DNA of 61,494 nucleotides, counting the filler, from Basidiobolus meristosporus CBS 931.73 (Eukaryota; Fungi; Basidiobolomycota): the NCBI GenBank assembly GCA_002104905.1. It is 4 parts of 4 records of this genome, joined end to end, with 100 filler letters (N's around TTAATTAATTAA, not from the genome) between each part and the next. Parts side by side here need not be neighbours in the genome. Positions count along the whole stretch, not along the records: positions 30,855 to 50,036 come from MCFE01001041.1; positions 50,137 to 61,494 come from MCFE01001274.1; 2 more parts are not named here. The stretch is one strand, 5' to 3'. A program made the translations under genes and the position numbers. Below, piece by piece: positions 48,101-59,634 of the stretch. The notes below the pieces were generated by a model. That model worked only from the letters and a program-made list of their open reading frames with translations, had not been told where the DNA came from and did not search any database. Every line of letters starts with the position of its first letter. Position 1 is the first letter of the stretch.

Positions 48101-49757
48101 TTCCACTAATATCAGTAATGGGGGCTTTGAGGATTTATTACTCCTTCTTGCCAAAAACATACTGGGATGCAACATACCATTTACATGGTACAAGTGGACA
48201 ACCATCATGCAGCTGGCAACATATGATCCAGAGACTGTCCTGACTTCAGCAGGTGTTAACAGTTACATGGCATTCACATCCAAAATGCTACCATTGCAAT
48301 GTGTCCAAATAGTCAGGAATCCACCACCATTGAGGGAAAACATTGTTCATACTCCAAACATAATCCAGTCCTACCCTGTCTGAAGAAGCTGATGCAGTCC
48401 AGCATATATTACAAAGCTATACAGTACTGCACTCAGTATCAATCAAGCGCAAACATATCCAATATATTAGATGCAAACATTACCAACAGCTAGGAAGCAA
48501 GGGCTACCTTGAAGGTATGTATGCCCATGTCTTTGCTTTAGCACTTGATGGATTCTCATTAATAAGTACTCTACCAGCAAATCCTGCTGGCCACCAATTC
48601 TCCTCAACCTGTATCTGCCGCTCATCTTACAGTATAAGAGCAATAATATGGTGGTAGCCTTACAGGTATCTGGGCCTAAATCACTGTCCAACCTGGATAG
48701 CTACCTGAATCCATTGCTGGCTGAATTTGTATGCTTTCCAGTGGGTTAACAGTAAATGGCCATCATGTCAAAGCTCATATTATTATCAGCATTGGAGATA
48801 CCTCAGCCATCTGCAAGATTGCAGGTTTTCTAGACACAATGGATGGTATTGCTTTCAAATGAGTGAGATCCAGGGGCTTTACTCCATAACCCACACACAT
48901 TACTATTACCCAAACACCAGCACCAAGCATCATCTTTCCACAGAGAGAAAATGCAGAAGTCAGTGTGCAATTGCAGCAAAGTTGGCAAACTATAAGCCAT
49001 TGGCAAAATTTGGAATCAATTGGAAACCAGAGATATTTAAGATAGAGGGTATCTGTTGGAGCAAAAGCTTTCCACTGGCAGCAATGCATTTGTTTTTCAC
49101 CAATATCCCCATACCAATGACCAAGTTGTACATGGGGCATTTCAAGCTAAATGAGCTCTTTGAGATACCAGAGAAGTATGAAAGAATTGGCAAGATATTA
49201 CAGAGTATCTGCTACCATAAGTACATCTCACAGGCTCCAATTAATATTCATATGCACATGCAACAAATCAAATGCAAAGACTGGATGAACTTGATATGTA
49301 TTTGTTCAAGTGGTACTCTGAAGCCATTCCTACCATGAGTGCATTGGATGCACTGGGAGTCATATGTGGACATTGTAGAAATATTTATCCAGAAGCAGAT
49401 CACCAATGCCAACTTGACACATCTACAGCTGTTGTGTGAGGAGTTTATGACAGGATTTGAGCAGCTATGCTGCAAACATAAAGCTGAATGCTTATATCTC
49501 TGCCACTAATGTATCCATTCTCTACTCCATCTTGTATGGTGTGTGGAGAATATTGGACCTTGCTTCACCTTTTGCAAGTTTCCTATGGAGCGGATGTGTA
49601 TGGAGATAGGGTGATGAGTCAAGTTGCAGGTACTACCATATCCCAATCTCATCAAGAGTATTACCTTCAAGACCATCATGCATGTGATGAGTTGGCACAT
49701 GGAGGACAGCCAGAAAGAGTTGGAAAATACTGAGGACAAATGTGCATATGAAGACAC
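45125..49757. mobile_element. CACTA-like unit 2: motif M, minus-strand accessory ORF (~45300-47297), plus-strand Tnp2 transposase pseudogene (~47588-49750)
   Basis: CGYC..H N-terminus, LALDG, WPPILLNLYLP...SLSNLDSYLNPLL, AAMHLFF; many stops. Confidence 0.85.
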
Positions 49758-50036
49758 CAATAACTATGGCATTAAGAAGCTAAGCAGCCTCAATGTATGG
49801 GTAATCAGTTAAGTAATGCAAAGTTGGGTTGGGTGTAATAAGCAACTAATTTTTATTAGGAAAACTCTCCTAAGGTATGCCAGATTTCTTATGGTCACAA
49901 GCCAACTTCTACACAATTCAATATGGAATTCACATAAAACAAGCGCTGGAGTGCACCCATAAGGGGGAAGGAATATATTGGCTAAATACCAAGAAGTTCT
50001 TTACGGATATTCAGCAGGTATTCATGGCAGAAGTGA

Positions 50037-50136
50037 NNNNNNNNNNNNNNNNNNNNNNNNNNNNNNNNNNNNNNNNNNNNTTAATTAATTAANNNNNNNN
50101 NNNNNNNNNNNNNNNNNNNNNNNNNNNNNNNNNNNN
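50037..50136. other. Assembly gap with artificial linker
   Basis: N44-TTAATTAATTAA-N44. Confidence 0.99.
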
Positions 50137-52980
50137 CTGGGGATTCCAGATATTACTTGATGGTGCTGGAAGTTGTATCAGAGGCTTGGGATTTTGATAT
50201 CCTTACTAGGAATGAAGGGGTGACAAGACTTGAGGACTGGGTTGCCAGAATCTCAAAATGTTTCTTGCTCAGCAATGTGTGTTCCATTTGCCAACAGGCA
50301 TCATCTCCCTCTTCCAGGGCATATTTCTTTTTTCTGGACAGGGCATCAGGCTTTCCTTGCTTTGCACCAGGTCTATAGGTGATAGTAAAGTCAAAGCTGG
50401 ACAGGAAGAGTGACCATCTGGCTTGTCTCCGGTTTAGTACTTTGGAAGTTGCAAAGTACTCAGGGTTCTTATGGTCACAGGAGACTTTGATTTTGTGTTT
50501 TGCACCATCCAGGTGGTGTCTCCATTGCTCAAAGGCTACAATGATGGCAAGCAACTCCTTATCATAGATATCATAGCCGATCTCTGCAGGGGAAAACTTC
50601 CAAGAGTAGAATGCAATTGGGTGCACCACATTGTCTTCATCATACTGGGAGAGTATGGCACTAAGAGCAAAATCAGAAGCATCACTCTCCATTATGAATT
50701 GCTTCTCAAGGTCAGGGTGGGCAAGTAGGAGGGCCTTCAGGAAAGATTTCTTGAGTTGGTTGAATGAGGTGGATTACTCCTCATTCCAGGCAAAAGGTGT
50801 GTTCTTCTGGGTAAGCTTTGTCAGAGTGGTGACTATCTTGGAGTAATTGGCTATGAACCTGCAATAGAAGTTGGCAAATCCCAGGAAGGATTGTACTTCC
50901 TTGACTGAGCTTGGAGTTTTCCATGATTGAAATGAGTCAACTTTCTTTGGGTCCATTCTTGTTCCCTCAGGGCTGACAAAGTAACCAAGAAATTCCACTT
51001 CTCTCTGGTCAAATTCACACTTCTCTCTGGTCAAATTCACACTTCTCTAGCTTGGCATAGAGACCAGTGTAGTGGGGTGACAGTGATACCCACTGACAGA
51101 TGTGCTCATTACCTTATTTTCTACTTCCCTGTATCTCTACTACACTTATTTTAGTTTTATCCCATTTGTCTTGCCCAATCAGTACTATCCCATAAGCCAG
51201 TTAACTATCACACCTGCTTACCTTATTGCATAAGTTACCCCTCACTTTATGTAAGATTACTAGCTATAAGTGCTTCTATATTAGGCAAGTACCTGCGCCA
51301 GTACCTGTGACATGTGATTGACCTGTGTCACCATCCCTACCATTTCCATACCATATATGGTATCCCTATGTTACACAGGTTTCAGAATACTGATTCCTGA
51401 TTGGTTGGATGTGCAGTGCCGCTTAGAACCTTCCAGCACCTACTTAGAACATTCTTAGGTCATTCTGATATCAGTAGGATATCTATTGATATCTGGAACC
51501 TTCTGGAATACCATGCTTAGTAATCACTTACCCAGTGAGAAAAGTATATAAGGGAGGCTATCCCTCAACAATAAATCATCATCCCTTTTATTAATATACC
51601 AACTTGTTGATTAGTGTGATCACTGCTACTTGCTGCTACCTGAACTTCCAATCCCAGACCATAGGGCACTCCCAGGAAACCGCGCTGACAGCCAACTGAC
51701 CTTAGAGGCACTACTTGTGAGGAATACCCAGAGTAGGTATCTTTTATTATATTTGATTCTTTCCCAAGTTTGTTCTTGTACAGGCAAAGATACTTTTCTG
51801 TCTTTGTAACTATTGACCACAGCTGCATTCTTATCAAGTCCCTGCTGTTGGAGTTTACAGTTGTTTTGACTTTGGAAGCTTTAGTACATTGTCATCTCAA
51901 ATGATGCTGAACCCAGCACATACTTTTGTTAAGATGCCAACTAAGTTGGGGATTGTAGCTCAATAGTTTTCCCTTGACAAGCTTGTGGCTTTATTCCCCT
52001 TGACATTAGATTAGAGACAGAACCCAAGTATTCCTAGCAAGCTTTTTCCAGAGGTTATTGCACCCAGTAAACACCCCACACACAAAACACTTGAGAAGTG
52101 TTGGACGTATCTCTCCCTTGGACCTATACACCACCACACTGGCAGAGTCTAGTTTTCTCAATACTTTCTTGACATGTTCATCATGTTCATCTTGGCTCTT
52201 GGAGTATATGAGAATACCATCAAGGTAGATTACCACAAACTGGGCAAGGTATTCATGGAATATGTTGTTCATGAGGTGTTGAAACACAGAAGGGGCATTG
52301 GTGAGGCCAAATGGCATTACTTTGTACTCAAAGTGACTATATCTTGTGCAAAAGGCAGTTTTCCATTCATCACCAGGCTTGATTCTGACAAGATTGTAAG
52401 CTCCTCTCAAGTCTATCTTGATGTAGACTTGGGTGGCAGATAGCTGATCCAACAGTGTGTTGATCAGGGGCAGGGGGTAGTGGTTCTTGACTGTTATCTT
52501 ATTCAAGGCACAGTAGTCCACACACATTCTGAGGGTGCCATCCTTCTTCTTGACAAAGAGAATTGGGGCTCCAGCAGGTGATTTGGAGTACTGAATAAAA
52601 CCCTTCTTGAGGTTTTCTTGAATAAAACCATGGAGTTCTTTCAACTCCAGCTGGGAGAGGTTATTTATTGGGCCAAATGGAGGGACTTTTCCATCTTCAA
52701 GGTCAATAGGGCAGTCATAAGGTCAATGGTCAGGGAGGAGTTCTGCTTTCTTCTTGTCGAAGACATGGGCTAACTCTTGGTACTTGGCTGGTATAGTTGC
52801 TGAGGGGGCTCCTTCAGCTGGCAAGGTATCTTGGGCTGTTGGAGTGTTGGCAACAGTCTTTTCACAGTTATCAGGGTCTGGAGATTTCATGGAGTTGACT
52901 TGGTAGGATCTGGTGAATGACAGGATCTTGGATCTCCCATCAATACTTGGATTGTGGTAGCTCAGCCATGACTTGAATAG
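50137..52980 (-). mobile_element. Tf2/chromovirus-type gypsy pol fragment (PR tail, RT, RNase H), interrupted by a solo LTR
   Basis: [60 protein letters not shown]; 22-bp tandem duplication at 51001-51044. Confidence 0.92.
51068..52138 (+). repeat. LTR-B solo LTR
   Basis: Colinear with 10495-11566 over its full length; flanks CCAG / CTGG. Confidence 0.93.
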
Positions 52981-55278
52981 GTCAATACAATGGCAATTGA
53001 GGTACCACCAAAGTTTCAACGGAAATAAATCAATTTGCACGCATGAAATGTAAGAGAAATGGTTGAGTCAGGAAGTAAGGGGTGTGAAAAAGAGGCAATT
53101 GCCAATCAATTCACACAAATGTAGGAGGTGATAGAGTGTCTGGGATTAGATAGTGAGCAAATTGGCAGAGAAGCAATCAAAAGCCACTTATACATTGTTG
53201 TGATGAAAAAATTTGACCACATTTTTTGTGAAATCTGGGGTGCAATTATTTTTCAACAGTCTCTGGATGGTGTCCCAATGGGATCAGTACCTCTTAGTCA
53301 CAGGACTGTAAATTTGTGATGGCCTTTTGACAAGATCATCTCTATAATTTTTCATAGTGTATAGGTGTCTCCATGTGCATATCTGTCCTCTGTATTTTCC
53401 AACTCTTCCTGGCTGTCCTCCATGTACCAACTCATGACATCCATGATGGACTTGAAGGTAATTTTCTTGACAAGATTGAGATATGGTAGTACCTAGAACT
53501 TGACTTGTCTTCCTATATCCCCACACATCTGCTCTATAGGAAGCTCTCAAATGGTGAAGCAAGGCCCTGTATTCTCCACAAACTGTGCAAGATGGAGTAA
53601 AGTGTGAATATAGTAGTGGCATAGATCTACACATTCAGCTTTGTGTTTGTAATATAGCTGCTCAAGTCCTGTCAAAAACTTCTTGCACAACAGCTGTAGA
53701 TGTGTCAAGTTGGCATTGGTGACCAATTTCTGGATAAATATTCTTACAATGACCACATATGACTCCCAATGCTTCCAATGTACACTTGGTAGAAATGGCT
53801 TCAGATTGCCAATTGAATATATACATATCTGGCTCATCCAGCCTTTGCATTTGTATTGCTTTGTATGTGTATGAATATTAATTGGGGCCTGTGAGAAGTA
53901 CTTAGGGAAGCAGATACTCTGTAATATCTTGCCAATTCTTTCAAATTTCTCCGGTATCTTGAAGGGCCCATTTGGCTTGAAATGCCCCATATACAACTTG
54001 GTTATCAGTATAGGGATATTCTTGAAAAGCAAGTGCATTGCTCCCAGTGGAAAGCTTTTGCTTCAACAGATACCCTCTATCTTAAGTGTCTCTGATTTCT
54101 GATTGATTCCATAGTCCAGCCAATGGCTTATAGCTTGCCAACTTTGCTGCAATTGCATGCTGACATCTGTATGTTCTCCCTGTGGGAAGATGGTGTTCTT
54201 AGTGCTGGTGTTTAGGCAATAATCATGTGCGTGAGTTATGGAGTAAGTCCCCTGTATCTCACACATTCAGCTGCAATACCATCCATTGTGCTAAGAAAAA
54301 CGTGCTATCTTGCTGATGGCTGGGGTATCTCCAATACAGATAATCATATGTGCTTCTACATGATGGCCATTTACCATTATCCTGCTGGAAAGCATACAAA
54401 ATCATACAGCAATGGATACAGGTAGCTATCCAGGTTGGATGGTGATCTAGGCCCTGATACCAGTGAGACCACCATCAGATTATTGCTCTGATACTGTAAG
54501 ATGGGCAGCAGGTTCAGATTGATGAGATTCAGTGGCCAGTGGGATTTGCTGGTAGAGTACTTGTTTAATGAGATTCCATCAAGTGCTAAGGCCAAGGCAT
54601 GGTCATGCATACCTTCAAAGTGGCCCTTGCTTCTTAGCTGTGTGTAATGTTTGCCATCAAACATATGGATATGTTTGTGCCTCATTGATACTAAGTGCAG
54701 TACTCTGTAGCTTTGCAATATTTGTTGGACTGCATCAGCTTCCTCAAATTGAGTATGACAAGAATATGTCCTGAGTGTGAACAATGTTTTCCCTCAGTGG
54801 TGGTGGATTCCAGACAACTTGGACATGTTACAATGGTAGCATTTTTGGATGTGAATGCCATGCAACTGTTGACACATGCTGGGATCAGGACAGTCTCTGG
54901 ATCATATGTTGACAGCCACATGACAGTTGTTCACTTGTACCACTTACATGGTAAGTTGCATCCTGGAATTATTTTGGCAAGAAGTAGTAATAAACCCTCA
55001 AAGCCCCCATAACTGATATCAGTAGAAATGTGCCACTTCTCTAGCCACAACATTACATCATTCACCAGTAGATGGATTACTGGGCTCACTTGGCTCCCTA
55101 AAGTATCCTTGGCATTTGTTTCAAAAGGTGTTGTCTCATTGCATATAGGGATTTGACCGGGCTCATATGTGGTACAGTTGTTAGGGGAGATAGGCTCACA
55201 ATCCATCAGTGAGCTTTTGTTGTCAGTGCTTTCACTCTGCATGCCATATTCAGAAGGCTGAGGTGAGCCTAGAGGCAT
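52981..55278 (-). mobile_element. CACTA-like unit 3: Tnp2 transposase pseudogene (53284-55278), motif M, and 3' end of the accessory ORF
   Basis: LALALDG, WPLNLINLNLLP..YQSNNLMVVSLVSGPRSPSNLDSYLYPLL; 52985-53330 is the reverse complement of 37290-37650. Confidence 0.87.
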
Positions 55279-56171
55279 TGTATGTAAGAATACTTGATGT
55301 AAGTGCTTCTATATTAGGCAGGTACCTGCGCTAGCACTTGTTACAGATGACCAAACCATGTCACCATCTCTACCCTTTTTGTACCATACATGGTATTCCT
55401 ATGTTACACAGGCTCCTGAATACTGATCCCTGATTGGTTGGGTATGCTGTGTCTCTTAGAACCTTCCAGCATCTGCTTAGAACATTCTTGGCTCATTCTG
55501 ATGTCATTAAGATTTCTCTTTGACCACTGAAACCTTCTGGAACACCATGGAAAGCAATCACTTTGCTAGTGAGAAAAGAATATAAGAGGGGCAATCCCTC
55601 AACAATAAATCATCATCCCTTTTATCAATTTACCAACTGGTTGATTGGTGTGGTCACTGCTACCTGCTGCTACCTGAACTTCCAATCCCAGACCACTGGA
55701 CACTCCCAGGGAACTGCGCTGACAGCTAACTGACCTTAGAGGCACTAGTTGTAAGGAATACTCAGAGTGGGTATCTTTTATTATATTTGATTCTTACCCA
55801 AGTTTGTTCTTGTACAGGCAAAGATACTTTTCTGCATTTGTACCTATTGACCACAGCTGCATCCTTATCAAGTCCCTGCTGGTAGATTTTGCAGCTGTTT
55901 TGACTTTGGAAGCTTTAGTACATTGTCATTTCAAAGATGCTGAACCCAGCACATACTTTTGTTAAGACTCCAACTAAGTTGGGGATTGTAGCTCAATAGT
56001 TTTCCCTTGACAAGCCTGTGGCTTTATTCCTCTTCACATTAGAGTAGAGATAGTACCCAAGTATTCCTAGCAAGCTTTTACCAGAGGTTATGGCACCTAG
56101 TGAGCACCCCACACACATAACACTTAAGAAGTGTAGGGCATATCTATCCCTTGGACTTATACATCACCACA
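55279..56171 (+). repeat. 5'-truncated LTR-B copy
   Basis: Matches ~10675-11566; ends CACCACA. Confidence 0.88.
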
Positions 56172-56328
56172 ATGGGCTCCAATCAACATTCATATGCAAA
56201 TACAACCATACAAGTGCAAGGATTAGATGAACTGGATATGTATTTATTCAAGTGGCCTTCCAAAGCCATTTCTACCATAGGTACATTGGAAGCATTGGGG
56301 GTCATATGTGCACATTGTAGGAATATTC

Positions 56329-59300
56329 TGTTGTAAGAGTCTTGGAGATATTGGAAGTGATTTGGAGAACAAGTAGATTATGTGGTTTTCACTTAATGAT
56401 TTATTGAATGTAAAAGTAGTATTTATACTTTTGCCTGGTCTTGGCATTACAAACACGTAGAATAGGTTAAGGAAGGTCCCAAGAACATGTGTGCAAAGTT
56501 TGAGGCTGTTTGGACAACTTTGAGAATTTTCATGTTCTGGGTACCTGGTATTATGGTGAAAATATTCTAAGTAAATCCCAACAAGGAATTTGGTCAGTAT
56601 TCTCTAGGATTTGAAGGTGATGATCCAAGTGACTAAGTTAGGTGAATATTTAGGTGGAAAATACAAATTTTTACAACACTCCCACTGAGCTAAATGTTCA
56701 TACTGACTAGTCCTAATTTTGACCTAAGATATTCAAACTTGTCTCTAGCTAATGGTTAGGTAAATATGTCTGCAATCATTTCATCTGTAGGACAGTAAAC
56801 TAAGCTAACTAAGTTATTCTCTATAGCTTCACATATGAAATGATGTCTAATATTTATGTGCTTGGTTCTAGCATGAAAAGTTGGATTTCTACCTAATTGT
56901 ATACATCCTTGATTATCTTGAAATAAATTAATAGGCATTTTCTGACATAGGCCTAAATCTGTAAGGAGCTTTCTTAACCACATTGCTCTTTTTGTAGCTT
57001 CACAGGCTGCCATATACTCTGCCTCTGTAGTACAAAGTGCAATGGTTGATTGCTTTCTTGAATTCCATGAAATTGCTCCTTTACAGTAATGAAAGGTGTA
57101 TCCTGTGGTGGATCTTCTGTCTTCCAAATTTTGTCCCCAATCAGCATCAGAGTATCCCACAAGATCCTGTTCTGAATCCTTATAAGTGTATCTTAAGCAG
57201 ATATCAGCAGTTCCTTTTAGGTATCTAAAAATCCACTTAACTGCTGCAATATGATCAGATCCACAATTCTGATTATGTTGGCTGACAACTCCCACAGAAT
57301 ATGAGATATCTGGACGTGTTCCAAGCATGATATACATTAGACTGCCGACCATAGATTGATAAGGAAAGTCCGGGCTTTCAGATGGCACCAAGCTCTCTTG
57401 ATTTGGTTGAGTTTTGACCAAGTTAAGGTTTGTCTAACTAAGTTCTCCTAGATTGGACATCTTAAACTCCTTAGATAGGTTGGATTTAGTCTCTTCCAAT
57501 GTTTCTAGGTTATTGGCGGCTATAATAAGATCATCCACATATAGAGCTAATAGAACTGGATTTGCTCTATCTGGCTTATAGTATATACTATAGTCAGCAT
57601 TACTCCTTTTGAAACTCAAGGATTCCAAATAAGAATCTATCTTGCAATTCCAGGCTCTTGGTGATTGTTTGAGACCATATAGTGACTTTTTAAGCTTGCA
57701 GACCAAATGGTGGTTATCTTGGCCAACAAACCCATCAGGCTGGTCCATATACATGTCCTCATCAAGTTCTCCATTCAAAAATGCAGCTTTTACATCCATT
57801 TGATGAATAAAAACTTATATTTGGCTGCAATAGCCAATATTAATCTGATGGAATTAAACTTGGCTACCGGTGCAAAGGTCTCAGTATAGTCAAGTCCTTT
57901 TGTTTGAGAGTATCCTTTGGCTACAAGTCTTGCTTTGTTTCTTTCAATTGTACCATCAGCCTTGTATTTTGTCTTGAAGACCCATCTGCATCCAATTGAT
58001 TTTTGGTTGATTGGTAATTTGACTAAGTCCCAAGTTTGATTTTCCATTAGGGCCTGATATTCCTCAGTCATTGCAGATCTCCAAAACTTTGTTTGAGGGC
58101 TATTTAGGGCCTCTTTTACAGTCTGGGGTTCATCAATATGGACTGAATAGGCATAGGCTAAGTTTGTACCCTTATTGATAGAGTAATTTGGGCTATTTCT
58201 TGTCTGATTGGATCTCCGGGCATTTGATACTGGAATGATCACTTCTGGGATATTCCTGGGCACTGAATCTGGCTGAACCACGGTTGTAGAGTCCTCCGGA
58301 GTGAAAAAATTTTCATTGTTTTGCTCCGATTCAATCCTGACAATTGGTGGACTTGAGATCAAATTTTTGTCATCATCTGATGTCATTTTTTGTGAAAATT
58401 TTGAATTTTCATCAAACAACACATCCCTGGACTTGATCAGCTTCTTTGCTTTGGTATTGTAGAGTCTGTATGCCTTACACTCATTGCAGTAGCCCAAAAA
58501 TATGCATTTTACACTTTTTGGCTCAAATTTTGACTTATTTCCGGCCAGTTTTTTGCCATATGCTGTACACCCAAATATTCTTAGATGTTCTGCACTTGGT
58601 CTGTATCCATACCATGCTTCAAGTGAAGTAGAATCACAAAGTATTCTGTTATAACTCCTATTTTTAAGATATACAGCAGTGGCAACTGATTCCGCCCAAA
58701 AATCATAGGATAATTTTTGATCATGGATCATAGATCTTGCCATATCAATTATTGATCTGTTAGCTTGTTCTGCTACTCCATTTTGCTGTAGGGAGTATGG
58801 TACAGTAGTCTCTTGCTTTATCCCATGAATTTTGCAGAAGTGGATGAAGAGTTTTGAGGTATATTCTCCACCATTGTCAGAGCGTATTTTCTTGATTTTT
58901 TTACCAGTTTCTCTCTCCACCATGGCTTGAAACTCCCTGAACTTAGACAGAGCTTCTTCCTTGCTCTCCATGAAGTAGACCCATGTGTATCTTGTAGAAT
59001 AATCAATAAAAGTGATTAAATACTTCATCCCACCTAAGGATAAATTTTGCATAGGTCCACACAGATCTGAGTGAATTAGATCTAATTTTTTCTTAGTTTT
59101 GATTAACCCAGAGCTCTTGAACAGTTGTCTGGTTTGTTTCCCATATATGCAGGCTTCACAGTGCTCCAAAGCAGCTGGGGGATCAATTTTCACTCCAGAA
59201 ATTAGCTGATCCTTGATCATTTTGCGCAAATAATCAAAATTGATGTGCCCAAATCTCCTGTGCCAAAGCATTGGTGTTTCTTCATTTAAGTTACTTATAT

Positions 59301-59634
59301 TGGCTTCCAGATATGATGGAATATAAGTCAACTTGTATAGATTCTGATCTCTGATGCCCAAAGCAATATGAGCACCATTTTGATCAGTGATCCTGCATCC
59401 AAAATTGTCAAAACTGAAACTGAGTCCTTCTGTTGTGGCCTTGCTTACAGAGAGTAGGTTCTTGGCTATTTCTGGTACATAGAGTACTTCTTTAAAGGTC
59501 AGTGTATGGCTTCCTTCACTGCTTCTAAGGTTTACTTGGATAGTTCCTTCTCCCACTGCATCAAGTGTACTATTGTCACCATGAAACCTTCTTAATTGGA
59601 ATTTCTTGATATTGGTAAAAGTTCTATTGGTGTG
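56329..59634 (-). mobile_element. Copia element C (same family as B): 3' LTR 56329-56678, RNase H, RT (deletion at ~57435), integrase; truncated by an LTR at 59635
   Basis: ORFs 56756-57421, 57434-57799, 57790-59634 with ADIFT, YVDD, GCRWVFK, SDNGGEY, LWHRRFGH. Confidence 0.95.
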
